Shown: positions 10,674 through 19,701, counted from the stretch's first letter. The stretch is 64,000 nt of DNA from an uncultured Gemmatimonadales bacterium (GCA_963817575.1 CAWFOY010000006.1:46544-110543), one strand, 5' to 3'. The notes: generated from the letters alone by a model not told the origin. Numbers and translations: made by a program.

Positions 10674-12077
10674 ATGCGCCAGCCGAGCAAGATCTTTCTA
10701 TACGTCGCACTCGTCACTCTGACCGCGCTCGTGGTCGGAGTTCTTGCATGGGACGTACGCTCGCCTTTCCCCGGCTTCTGGGCTCTTGGCAGTTTCATCC
10801 TCGTAGCCTTCCTGCTCGATCAGAGCTGGACACGGCTCAAGGTCGAAGCGACCGGATCAACTTCCTTCGTGATTCATGTGGCCGCGGGAGTCCTTTTCGG
10901 GGGCTTCTGGGGAGGTGTCGTCGCGGCGATCCCGACGGCCCTAAGCCAACTTGCCGCGGGAACTGATCGCCTCAAGCTGGTCTTCAACCCCGCCCAGCGA
11001 GCATTGTCGGTCATGGTCGCGCTTCTCGTCTACCGCCTGTTGGGCGGCGGGATGCCTCCGGCCTACCTGCAGATGACGGGCGCTGTGGATTCGACATTGC
11101 TGCAGCGCGATATCTTTCTGTTCTTCGCCTTCGCAGGCACGTACTTCATTGTCAATTCGGTCGCCGTCAGCGGGGCCGTCGCGATCAGCCAGCAGCGGTC
11201 TTTCAGAGACGTCTGGAACCTCAACACGCGCGGCGTATTGGGTTACGATCTCGGTGCGAGCGCGATCGCACTCTTCCTGGCGTGGCTTTACATCCGATTT
11301 GAAGCGACCTGGGGATTCGGGTCTCTCGGCCTGGTGGCTGTCGTTCTGCCGATCGTCGGCGTCCGGCACGTGTATGGGCTCTACCATCAGCTTCAGGAGA
11401 GTGGTGAGGAGCTGCTCGAGGTGATGGTCAAGGCCATCGAGGCCCGCGATCCGTACACATCCGGCCATTCCCTCCGCGTGAGCCAGCTCTCGCGCACAAT
11501 TGCGCTGGAACTGGGCCTGCCCGCCAAGGAGGTCGAGGTGGTACACACCGCCGCCCTCCTGCACGACGTCGGCAAGATCCACGAAGAATTCGCGCCGCTC
11601 CTCCGGAAGGAGGACCGGCTCACGGCCGAAGAGACGGCCCTGATGCAGACCCACTCGGCGCGGAGCGCCGAGCTGGTCGGAATCATCACCAAGTTTCGGG
11701 GGCTCATCCAGGAATCGGTGCGGTACCACCACGAGCGGTGGGACGGACAGGGCTATCCGGCCAAGCTCTCCGGGCAGGACATCCCCCTGGGCGCTCGGAT
11801 CATCCTGATCGCCGATACGATCGACGCGATGACGACCGACCGGCCCTACCGGAAGCGCCTGCCGCTCGAGGTGGTGATCGGTGAGCTCCAGAAGTGTCGG
11901 GGATCCCAGTTCGATCCGGACATCGTCGAGCTGGTCGTGTCGTCAGTTGCGGTTCGCCGGCTCATCACGACAGGCGTGCAGACCTCCGCCTTCCAGGCCT
12001 CCGCCGACCGGCCTCCGCTCAAGGAGCGGCGATCGGGCTGGTCGGGGCGGCCGTTCTGGAAGAACCGGCAAGCGTAG
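10674..12077 (+). CDS. membrane-anchored HD-GYP domain c-di-GMP phosphodiesterase
   Basis: The N-terminal half is predicted to be multi-pass membrane. The C-terminal part has HSLRVS..., AALLHDVGKI and HHERWDGQGYP (HD plus GYP motifs). Confidence 0.85.
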   Translation: MRQPSKIFLYVALVTLTALVVGVLAWDVRSPFPGFWALGSFILVAFLLDQSWTRLKVEATGSTSFVIHVAAGVLFGGFWGGVVAAIPTALSQLAAGTDRLKLVFNPAQRALSVMVALLVYRLLGGGMPPAYLQMTGAVDSTLLQRDIFLFFAFAGTYFIVNSVAVSGAVAISQQRSFRDVWNLNTRGVLGYDLGASAIALFLAWLYIRFEATWGFGSLGLVAVVLPIVGVRHVYGLYHQLQESGEELLEVMVKAIEARDPYTSGHSLRVSQLSRTIALELGLPAKEVEVVHTAALLHDVGKIHEEFAPLLRKEDRLTAEETALMQTHSARSAELVGIITKFRGLIQESVRYHHERWDGQGYPAKLSGQDIPLGARIILIADTIDAMTTDRPYRKRLPLEVVIGELQKCRGSQFDPDIVELVVSSVAVRRLITTGVQTSAFQASADRPPLKERRSGWSGRPFWKNRQA

Positions 12078-12082
12078 CGAGC

Positions 12083-15000
12083 TTAAACGAGTCGGATGCA
12101 GAACGCCCCGCGGAGCATCCCCAGTCTTTCAAGTTGAGTTGTGACCCCTGGCGGCATCTGAGCCATCAGTTGCCACATTTCCTGCCTTTCTGCCTCGTCA
12201 AGCCTACCAGTTGTCGATTCCAGCCACACCTTTGCATTTAACACTTCCAGATCGTCGATTCGGTCAAGTCGCTCTCGGGTGTCGCGGAGTTGCCTGATTT
12301 CTTGTATCGTCTCCGGAACTTTCTCTGGACTTACACTGGCCAACTTCGCTTTCCACCTTGCGTAGGGCCCCGCGCTACCTTCAATGAGGAGGTGGTCGAG
12401 GTCTCCGGTAGTTGCCATTCGAGCAGCAGCGAGCGCCTCTCTCCCTCGACCGAGGACTTGCATCACGTCGGCCACGTGTAAGTACCAGCTTTGCCTAGTC
12501 CACGAGGTCAGGCTCCTCAGTTGGGCTTCCGTCACGGTCCCGAGAGCCTCAAGCGCAGCCGCTGGCTGATCGAGAAGTGCATGCCCCATCGCAGCGAGGA
12601 ATGCCGCTTCCAGCGAAAGCACAAAATCGCAAGCGTGGTTGCTTTCCGTCGCAGCGGTTAGTGCCCAGGTCAATTGATCTCGGAAATTCCCTAATCGACA
12701 GTGACAAAGTGCAAGGTTTGCCGCGAAGGTTCTCAACCTATTCTCGTCTCCCAATCGGCGCGCAAGCTCCATACCTCTTAGGCCAGCGGTGAGTGCGAGA
12801 TGGTAATTGCCTAGTGCGCAATGCAGCGCATTGATCCCGAGAATCATCGAGAGGAATACGGAATTCTCGATCCCGCTCGCCTCCATCTCGGTGATAATCT
12901 CATTGAGGGCCCCAAGGCTCGACTCGCGATCCCTGGAGTGATACAGCAGGAGGGCTCTTGCCAGACAGTACTCGGCATAGTCGTCGATCGACCAAGATTT
13001 CGGACTTTCTTTGTCTAGAAATGTCCGGATTGATGAAAGCAGCGCGGGCTCATTCACCTCTCGATAATAGAGTGCCGCCAGACGCAACGACCGGAGTCGC
13101 GTATTCAGGCGTTCCGCCTTCTGCCCTTCCTCCAACATCTGTCGGATGGCATCCGCCTGCTCATCCGGAGAGCGAGGCGTGAGGAATCGCTGCGCGATAA
13201 GCACAAGCACATTCTTTCGGACCCTGAGTTCCAGTGGCGCATCTGATGCGACCTGCTCCAGGAACGTGATCGACTCCGCATCTCGCCCTTGTTCCTGCAG
13301 TGCCTCGCCCAGCAGGACCAGCGCTTCGCTGCGCTCCGGCTCCCTGAGATGGTCCATGGCGGTAGCGAGTCCCCGTTCCGCCTCGTGCGGCGCACCGCCG
13401 CGCATCGCTTCCTGTGCTCCACGCAGCAGGAATGGCGTGGCCTCATCTCGCCGGCCGGCGCGGATCAGGTGCCAGGCGATCTCGAGGCCGGGGGCCCTTC
13501 GGCCGGCCCGCTCATTCGCGAGCAGCCGCTCCACCACCTCACCGTGTAGGGCGGTTCGCAGCATCGCCGGAATGCCGAGGTAGGCATGTCCGCGGATCAT
13601 CTCGTTCACGAACTCGAGCCGGCCGTCGGTTTCCCGGAGGAGCCGAAGGCTGCGCAGCCTATCCATCGCGTCGGCCGTCCCTGCGAGGCCCAGGTCGACG
13701 ATGCGATACATCGTCACATCGTTGAGGCGGCGGCCGAGAATCGCGGCGAGCTTGAGCACGTTGCGGGCCGGCGCGTCGAGGCCTTCCTGGATGCGCTCGA
13801 GCGAGAGCCGGTAGGCATCCTCCGGGGCGGGTCGGCTGCCGAGTTCCTCCCGCATCGCGGGAAGGGAAAGGGCGAGGCTCCGCTCGCCATTGGCGAGCCA
13901 GTCGGCTACGAAGAGTTCGAGTGCCATCGGGTAGCCCCCGGCCGCTCGAAGCATTGCATCGCGAACGGCCTTGGACGGCGACGGGCCCTCCTCGGTCACA
14001 AGCGAGTCGAGCATCTCCCCGGCCTCCTCGGCAGACATCGGGGGCAGGTCCAGGGACTGGACCCGGATGCGCTGATGGATTTCGCGCAGGCGAGCCACGT
14101 TCGGTGATTCACCCGAGGATTGCGGCCGGGCGGCGAGGAGGAACATGACCGGGTTTGACTCGAGCCGGCGCACGAGCAGATGCACAACCGCTGCACTCGC
14201 GTCGTCGGCGATGTGGAGGTCGTCAACGACGAGGATGAGCGGGCTCTCCTCGGCAACCGCTAGGATCAGCTGGTGGATGGCATCGGTCAGGCGTATCCGG
14301 AACGACTCGCCATGCAGGTCGATGGGCGTGGGAAGGTTCGGAAACCGCTCGCGGACGGCGGGCACAGTCTGGGCAAGGTCGGCCAGGGCCTGCGGTGGTG
14401 TTCCTGAAGCCCCAGGCCGGTCGAGGAGCCCCTGCGCCAGGGCGCCCACTGCTGCGTAGGGAATTTCACGCTCCGGTTCGTAGCACTGAACCCGCGCGCT
14501 GACTGCACCCTCCAGGCTTGCGCCGGTCACCAGGCGCTGGATAAGTGTGCTCTTGCCGATCCCCGACTCGCCGAGGATGAGAATGTGGGAGGACTCACAC
14601 CGCGCGGTCCGCTCCCACGCTTCGTAGAGAGCGCGGTACTCCCGCGTGCGGCCGATGAACGGGCGGTCCCGCCATTGTTCGGTGGGCACCTTCGGCAGTG
14701 CGCTGTGAGTCGAGGTATCCAGGCCGCCGCGACGCAACCGGGCGGCGATCGCTTCGATCAGCTCCGAGGGCACGGCCTGCAGTTGATCATGCAGGCTCCG
14801 CTTCCAGGTCTCGAAGATGCGAAGGGCTCCGAGCCGATCCCCCGAGAAGGCGAGCGCCTCCATCTGCGCCCGGATCGCAGCCTCGCTGATTTCATTCACC
14901 GCCAGCACCTGGCCGGCGAGCCGGGCGATCAATCGGAAGTCTCCCATGCGCCGGCACTGATCCATCTGTGCCACGAGCGCCGTCTCGATTTCAGGCCACC

Positions 15001-15463
15001 AGCGGGCCCGTTGCTGGTCTCGCCAATGGTCGAAGGCCGGCACACCTGGCACTTCGAACTCGTCGAGGAACCCGGCCAGCTCGAGCGCGGGCTCGAATTC
15101 CGTGGCGAGGACCCGGCCGCTGCTGAGTCGCGTCAGGTCGAGGTCCAGCTCGGCCGTGAAGCGGACGTACTCGCGGGTGGTCTGAAAGGCGCCGGGCTCC
15201 AGCTTGCCACGGATGTAGGACATCGCGGTGACGAGCGAGTGACGCGCATCCATGATTGGGACGTTGGGCCAGAGGAGGTCCGCGAGGCGATCCCTGCGGT
15301 GAGGGGTCCGCGGCTCGACGGCGAGGAAGACGAGCAGCGCGAGGTTCTTGGAGGACTTGAGCCGGACCGGCGTGCCGTCCGGCGCGAACAGGCCGGGCTG
15401 GCCCATGCACCGGAGGTAGTGAAGAGGCGCCACGCGGATTCCGATTGAGGAAGGACAGCCCAA
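12083..15463 (-). CDS. wHTH (OmpR-type) plus BTAD, STAND/AAA ATPase, TPR-rich large putative transcriptional regulator
   Basis: The N-terminus has LALLVFLAVEP...RDRLADLLWP (winged helix) and a BTAD-like helical region. Walker A is LILGESGIGKSTL and Walker B is LILVVDDLHIADD. The C-terminal part (about 550 aa) is helical-repeat (TPR-like). Start uncertain: TTG 15463, GTG 15433 or ATG 15406. Confidence 0.8.
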   Translation of the reverse strand: MGCPSSIGIRVAPLHYLRCMGQPGLFAPDGTPVRLKSSKNLALLVFLAVEPRTPHRRDRLADLLWPNVPIMDARHSLVTAMSYIRGKLEPGAFQTTREYVRFTAELDLDLTRLSSGRVLATEFEPALELAGFLDEFEVPGVPAFDHWRDQQRARWWPEIETALVAQMDQCRRMGDFRLIARLAGQVLAVNEISEAAIRAQMEALAFSGDRLGALRIFETWKRSLHDQLQAVPSELIEAIAARLRRGGLDTSTHSALPKVPTEQWRDRPFIGRTREYRALYEAWERTARCESSHILILGESGIGKSTLIQRLVTGASLEGAVSARVQCYEPEREIPYAAVGALAQGLLDRPGASGTPPQALADLAQTVPAVRERFPNLPTPIDLHGESFRIRLTDAIHQLILAVAEESPLILVVDDLHIADDASAAVVHLLVRRLESNPVMFLLAARPQSSGESPNVARLREIHQRIRVQSLDLPPMSAEEAGEMLDSLVTEEGPSPSKAVRDAMLRAAGGYPMALELFVADWLANGERSLALSLPAMREELGSRPAPEDAYRLSLERIQEGLDAPARNVLKLAAILGRRLNDVTMYRIVDLGLAGTADAMDRLRSLRLLRETDGRLEFVNEMIRGHAYLGIPAMLRTALHGEVVERLLANERAGRRAPGLEIAWHLIRAGRRDEATPFLLRGAQEAMRGGAPHEAERGLATAMDHLREPERSEALVLLGEALQEQGRDAESITFLEQVASDAPLELRVRKNVLVLIAQRFLTPRSPDEQADAIRQMLEEGQKAERLNTRLRSLRLAALYYREVNEPALLSSIRTFLDKESPKSWSIDDYAEYCLARALLLYHSRDRESSLGALNEIITEMEASGIENSVFLSMILGINALHCALGNYHLALTAGLRGMELARRLGDENRLRTFAANLALCHCRLGNFRDQLTWALTAATESNHACDFVLSLEAAFLAAMGHALLDQPAAALEALGTVTEAQLRSLTSWTRQSWYLHVADVMQVLGRGREALAAARMATTGDLDHLLIEGSAGPYARWKAKLASVSPEKVPETIQEIRQLRDTRERLDRIDDLEVLNAKVWLESTTGRLDEAERQEMWQLMAQMPPGVTTQLERLGMLRGAFCIRLV

Positions 15464-15788
15464 TGATGCGCCGGAAGGCTCAACCCAGGCTCAAATCCGG
15501 CGAGGGTTGTGGTTGAGGGTTTGTAATGATGGGCTCTGGACTCGCCGCTCGCCAGCCCAGTGAGGGCGGCAATGATGCCGGTGCAACGAATTGCACTCGT
15601 TCGACTGGTGAGAGGATTGCGGGAGGATCCCGTCAGGCTGAGCAGGTACAAGCCGCTGGGCCTGGCCGCGGGATCATCGCGACAGCTTCATACTCGATGG
15701 CTACCGCCTTCATATTCCGGCTCTTTACACTTCCCGACAGCCGGCCATCTCCGACGGTGGCCGAGACCCCGTCCTGGGGAGGACATGT

Positions 15789-16703
15789 ATGCGCCCATCG
15801 CTCTTCCAGTCTGCCGCACTCACCGCCTTCGCCGCGCTCGCCCTCGCCGCCTGCGGCGATGACTCCAACGCCCCCAACGATCCCATCACCGCCGACGACG
15901 CCCAGAACATCGGCGAGACCTCGGCCGCGCTAGCGGACCTGGCCGTCGCCGGGCTCCAGTCCGCGTCGCTCGATGTGTCGAACGGGCCACCCGGCTCGCT
16001 CTTCGCGGCCGCGCGGATCACCCCGCCCGGCATCCGGCTGGGCGCGCCGATGCTGGCGCTGGGCCGGAGCGTCCCCGACGGCTGCCCCGACATCACCGGG
16101 CTCACGGACTCGGACGGCGACGGCATCCCCGACAACGCGGTCTTCACCTTCACGGCCGCCGACTGTACGACGATCTTCGGAGACGGCGCCAAGGAAGTCG
16201 TGACCGGCGTCATCCGGCTCTCGGATCCCGGCACCACGCCGGGGTATGACCTGGTCTACGACGACTGGCGGGTGCGCGAATACGACCCCGGGGAGACCTC
16301 CCCGGCCTTGAACGTCCTGGTCAACGGGCACTGGGTTCTGCTCGGCACTACTACGTCGCGCACCCTCTCGCAGCAGACCGACATCAACCTCGCGGCCAAC
16401 GGGCAGTCGGCCACCCTCACCAGCGACTTCGACGCCGGCTTCACCGCGACGGTGCCCGGCACGCTGGCCTGGAACCAGCCGCTGCCGGACGGCAGCATCC
16501 AGTTCAACGGGGACTGGACGATCGAAAGTCCGTCGGGAGACTTCGCGCTCGGCGTCGAGACCCTGGCGCCGCTCCATTTCGATCCCGCCTGCTTCGGCAT
16601 CACCGGCGGGGAGCTCATGGCCGCCGGCAGCAATGGCGGGTCGGTGGACGTGACGTGGTCGGGCTGCGGGGTGTATACGGCGGCGTTTGTCGAGGGGAAC
16701 TGA
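15789..16703 (+). CDS. lipoprotein of unknown function with a DSDGDGIPD calcium-binding-like motif
   Basis: Signal peptide ending in the lipobox LAAC-G. 304 aa with no recognised family. Confidence 0.65.
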   Translation: MRPSLFQSAALTAFAALALAACGDDSNAPNDPITADDAQNIGETSAALADLAVAGLQSASLDVSNGPPGSLFAAARITPPGIRLGAPMLALGRSVPDGCPDITGLTDSDGDGIPDNAVFTFTAADCTTIFGDGAKEVVTGVIRLSDPGTTPGYDLVYDDWRVREYDPGETSPALNVLVNGHWVLLGTTTSRTLSQQTDINLAANGQSATLTSDFDAGFTATVPGTLAWNQPLPDGSIQFNGDWTIESPSGDFALGVETLAPLHFDPACFGITGGELMAAGSNGGSVDVTWSGCGVYTAAFVEGN

Positions 16704-16743
16704 GGGCGGACAGGCGGACAGACGGGCAGGCGGTCAGTGGCTC
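16704..16743 (+). repeat. tandem octamer G-rich repeat (gggcggac aggcggac agacgggc aggcggtc agtggctc)
   Basis: Begins immediately after the TGA of the 15789-16703 gene and has 8-nt periodicity. It is related to arrays at 187, 38919 and 59825. Confidence 0.7.
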
Positions 16744-16787
16744 CGGGTGGGTGCGGGACTCCGCGCACGCACCCCTGAACCGGAGGA

Positions 16788-16820
16788 CCGGAGCCAGGTG
16801 CTACAGTGAGGGTGCGCCGG
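16788..16820 (+). repeat. REP element copy A (ccggagccaggtgctacagtgagggtgcgccgg)
   Basis: 33-nt core shared with copies at 17914, 24047 (inverted) and 24657. This is a degenerate copy with several mismatches in the 5' stem arm. Confidence 0.7.
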
Positions 16821-16902
16821 GGATGGGACACGAAGGCCCGGTTCGGGAAAGTCCCGGACCGGGCCTCGCTGCATCTCTTGGATCCGAGTGAGTCCGTGCC
16901 GA

Positions 16903-17268
16903 TCAGTCATTTGTGCCGGCTTGAGCAGCACCCGCGATCAGGATGAGCAAGCCGAGACCGACTGCCACCCCGAAGAGTATCGTCCCGCTCGCGGTGACTT
17001 GGCGGGTCCGGAGCGAATCAACCGAGGCTGTGGGCCACGCAAGTCTATCACCCCTGCTCGACCCGGAGCGCCCCCACCCCAGGAGCGAATCGCCTCGAAC
17101 AACAGGATCGTGTACCTCGTAGACTGAGTCACCCACCCACACCTTCACCTTATCCGGAAGCGGCTCGGCCAAGGTCGTGACCGGGGCTCGAGTCCATGTG
17201 GTGCAGCCCGTGGCAACCAAAGAGTGGCTGCCGAGCAGGACGCACAGCAGCAGCGCGCGCACGGCCAC
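16903..17268 (-). CDS. small lipoprotein with a C-terminal transmembrane helix, unknown function
   Basis: GTG start. Signal peptide with lipobox-like VATGC. The C-terminus ILFGVAVGLGLLILIAGAA is hydrophobic. Confidence 0.5.
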   Translation of the reverse strand: MAVRALLLCVLLGSHSLVATGCTTWTRAPVTTLAEPLPDKVKVWVGDSVYEVHDPVVRGDSLLGWGRSGSSRGDRLAWPTASVDSLRTRQVTASGTILFGVAVGLGLLILIAGAAQAGTND

Positions 17269-17359
17269 ACGGTGTCTGCGGCGAATGGAGATGATTGTCT
17301 CCGGTCAGGGACGGGGGAGGGTAACTCAGGGTAGGTGGGTGAGGCGGCGCGGCTAGTCC

Positions 17360-17396
17360 CTATCAAGGTTGATAGTCTGACTATCAAGCGTGATAG
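17360..17396. promoter_or_regulatory. two tandem 16-bp palindromic operator-like sites spaced 21 bp apart in a divergent intergenic region
   Basis: CTATCAAggTTGATAG (17360-17375, perfect 7+2+7) and CTATCAAgcGTGATAG (17381-17396, 6/7 match), followed directly by cTTGACg. Confidence 0.5.
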
Positions 17397-17453
17397 CTTG
17401 ACGCGTTAGGGTCCGGTCCGCAGCGTAATGTTGCCCAGTGCGAAGGCTGGAAG

Positions 17454-17903
17454 ATGACATCGCGATCGCTCGCAAACCTCGTCGTCAGTTTGCTCCTGAT
17501 AGCGTGCATCAACGCCTCGAGCACCCCTGCTCCGGCGGCAAGTGCAACCAGTGGCTGCCGCCCCCCGGATAGTTTCTTCGTCCAGGCTCGGCTCGACTAT
17601 TTCCGCACCCTTCTCACTTCCTCAGATTCGGCCCACGTGGCTGCTCGCGCTTCGTTCGACCTCAGCGCAGTCAGTGCGAACAAGGTCAATCTCGTCACCA
17701 AACAAACCACGTGCGTGAGCGCAGCAAACGCGCTGAACACCCAGCGCGGCGAGGCCGGAACGAGCCGCCTCGTCTGGGTCTACGCGCTGGGGAATGATTA
17801 CGCCGTGGTCGATCCAGATATTCCGGGTGCGCCGGAGGAATCCACTCCGATCTACCTCTTCACGCACAACTGGACGTATAAAATGACGATGGTGGGGATC
17901 TGA
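17454..17903 (+). CDS. lipoprotein of unknown function
   Basis: Signal peptide LLLIAC (lipobox). 149 aa with lower GC than the window average. Confidence 0.6.
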   Translation: MTSRSLANLVVSLLLIACINASSTPAPAASATSGCRPPDSFFVQARLDYFRTLLTSSDSAHVAARASFDLSAVSANKVNLVTKQTTCVSAANALNTQRGEAGTSRLVWVYALGNDYAVVDPDIPGAPEESTPIYLFTHNWTYKMTMVGI

Positions 17904-17913
17904 GGAAAGAAGG

Positions 17914-17946
17914 CCGGAGCCAGGCGCTCCCGTGAGGGTGCGCCGG
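17914..17946 (+). repeat. REP element copy B (ccggagccaggcgctcccgtgagggtgcgccgg)
   Basis: Hairpin ggcgctccc-gtga-gggtgcgcc (9-bp stem with one T-T mismatch, GTGA loop), 11 nt after the stop of the 17454-17903 gene. Confidence 0.8.
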
Positions 17947-18053
17947 CGGAACCGCACGGAATTCCGCCGAGTCGGTCGAAGCTCGATCGGCCGCGGGCGA
18001 GATCCCTCGGGCCTGTGGCCCTCGGGATGACGGAAGGTCGGGCGGCCCGCTGA

Positions 18054-18078
18054 CCGCGGCTGAAGCCGCGGCTCGGCT
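18054..18078. repeat. hairpin (ccgcggc tgaa gccgcgg) plus a 20-nt motif gctgaagccgcggctcggct that recurs at 59907-59926
   Basis: 7-bp perfect stem lying 3' of moxR on the minus strand. The 20-mer is identical to 59907-59926 except at one position. Confidence 0.6.
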
Positions 18079-18090
18079 CGCTTCCCCGCC

Positions 18091-19161
18091 TTACTTCATC
18101 CACCCCCCACCCTGCACCAGCTCCCTTACCACGTCCTCGCTCGTCCTGCCCTCCGCCTCGGCGGCGAAGTTCGTCACCACCCGATGGCGGAGCACCGTGT
18201 GCGCCACCGCGCGCACGTCGTCCAGGTCGGCCATCGGCCGGCCCGAGAGCGCGGCGCGCGCCTTGGCGCCCAGAACCAGGTACTGCGACGCGCGGGGCCC
18301 CGCGCCCCACTCGACGAACTGCCGCACCACCGCCGGCGCATCCGCATCCATCGGCCGAGTCATCCGGGCCAGCGTCACCGCCGCGCGCACCAGCTGCCGC
18401 GACACCGGAATCCGCCGCACCAGCCCCTGCATCGCGAGCAGCGCCTCGGCGTCGAGCACCGGCTCCACCCGCGTCTCGGCGCTGCCCGTCGTCTGCTCGA
18501 CGATGGCCTCTTCCTCCTCCCGCGACGGATAGCCCACGCGGAGCTCGAACATGAACCGGTCGAGCTGCGCCTCGGGCAGCGGATAGGTGCCTTCCTGCTC
18601 GATCGGATTCTGGGTGGCCAGCACGAAGAACGGCTCGGGCAGGCGGTAAGTCGTGCCGCCCGCCGTCACCTGGTGCTCCTGCATCGCCTGGAGCAGGGCC
18701 GCCTGGGTCTTGGGCGGCGTGCGATTGATCTCGTCGGCCAGCACCACGTTCGCGAAGACGGGGCCCGGCACGAAGCGGAAGGCGCGCTTCCCGGTGGTGA
18801 GGTCTTCCTCGATGATCTCGGTGCCGGTGATGTCGCCCGGCATGAGGTCCGGGGTGAACTGCACCCGGTTGAACGAGAGCGCGAGCGCCTCCGACACGGT
18901 GTGGACCATCATCGTCTTGGCGAGGCCCGGCACCCCGATCAGGAGCGCGTGACCCCCGGCGAGGATGGCGCCCAGGATGCCCTCGACGACTTCCTCCTGG
19001 CCGACGATGCGGCGCGCCACCTGGGTCCGGAGCTCCTGGACGGCGGTGGCGAGGCGCTCGAGCTGCTGGACGTCGCCGGGGGCGGCGTGACTGGTGGCGG
19101 GCATCGGGCTCTTGGGAACGGGACTGGGGACGCTACGCGGAACCGGGAGGGAAAGTTGCAC
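18091..19161 (-). CDS. MoxR-family AAA+ ATPase
   Basis: IVGQEEVVEGILGAILAGGHALLIGVPGLAKT (Walker A), LADEINRTPPKTQAALLQAMQE (Walker B and sensor). The likely true start is the ATG at 19104 (MPATSH...). Confidence 0.9.
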   Translation of the reverse strand: MQLSLPVPRSVPSPVPKSPMPATSHAAPGDVQQLERLATAVQELRTQVARRIVGQEEVVEGILGAILAGGHALLIGVPGLAKTMMVHTVSEALALSFNRVQFTPDLMPGDITGTEIIEEDLTTGKRAFRFVPGPVFANVVLADEINRTPPKTQAALLQAMQEHQVTAGGTTYRLPEPFFVLATQNPIEQEGTYPLPEAQLDRFMFELRVGYPSREEEEAIVEQTTGSAETRVEPVLDAEALLAMQGLVRRIPVSRQLVRAAVTLARMTRPMDADAPAVVRQFVEWGAGPRASQYLVLGAKARAALSGRPMADLDDVRAVAHTVLRHRVVTNFAAEAEGRTSEDVVRELVQGGGWMK

Positions 19162-19203
19162 CGGAGCGGCCCCGAACGGCAGGGCCGCCCCAGGCTGGTG
19201 CCG

Positions 19204-19657
19204 TCAGGTCGCCGGGTGGTCGACCCACTGGCCCGCAATGCAGAGCCACTTGCCGTTCTTGCCCTTGACCCACGTATCGGTCCAGACGGTGTGCGTCCGG
19301 CTGCGTGGTGCCGTCGGGCATCTTTACCAGCATTGTGCCCTCGCCCATGTGGACGGCCGTGTTCCCGCTCAGGACCACGTTCTCCGCGCCGGTCTGCAAC
19401 TCGCTGAAGGTCATTCCGCCGGTCTTCATCATCGCCATGTACTCCGTCTTCGTGTACCGCTTGCCGGCGCCGTCGGTTCCGAGGTATTGGGGCGCAATCA
19501 TCTTCTCGATAGCGGCCCAGTCCCCCTTCACCATTGCGGCGCCCCACTGGGCTTCCATTTCCTTCACCTTCTCCACGTCGGCCAGGTCGCTCTGGGCGCG
19601 AACGGGGCATCGCGATAAGGCCCGAGCAGCGGCCACCATCAGCAGTCGACGAACCAT
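19204..19657 (-). pseudogene. SnoaL-like / DUF4440-type secreted protein, paralog of 19702-20151, interrupted by a 1-nt frameshift
   Basis: ATG at 19657 with ggagg 8 nt upstream. It reads MVRRLLMVAAARAL...MPDGTTQPDAH. The homologous continuation VWTDTWVKGKNGKWLCIAGQWVDHPAT-stop (stop at 19204-19206) lies in a different reading frame. The paralog has 21 nt where this copy has 22 nt (about 19288-19309). Confidence 0.7.
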
Positions 19658-19701
19658 GCCACACCTCCGAAAGGGAAGATTCGCGGGGACGATGGCCCCC
19701 G

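Noticed and set aside
17397-17431. A sigma70 promoter TTGACG ... TAATGT downstream of the palindromes.
   Set aside because: The spacer is about 22 nt by my count, too long for a standard -35/-10 pair. Only the -35-like hexamer is mentioned.
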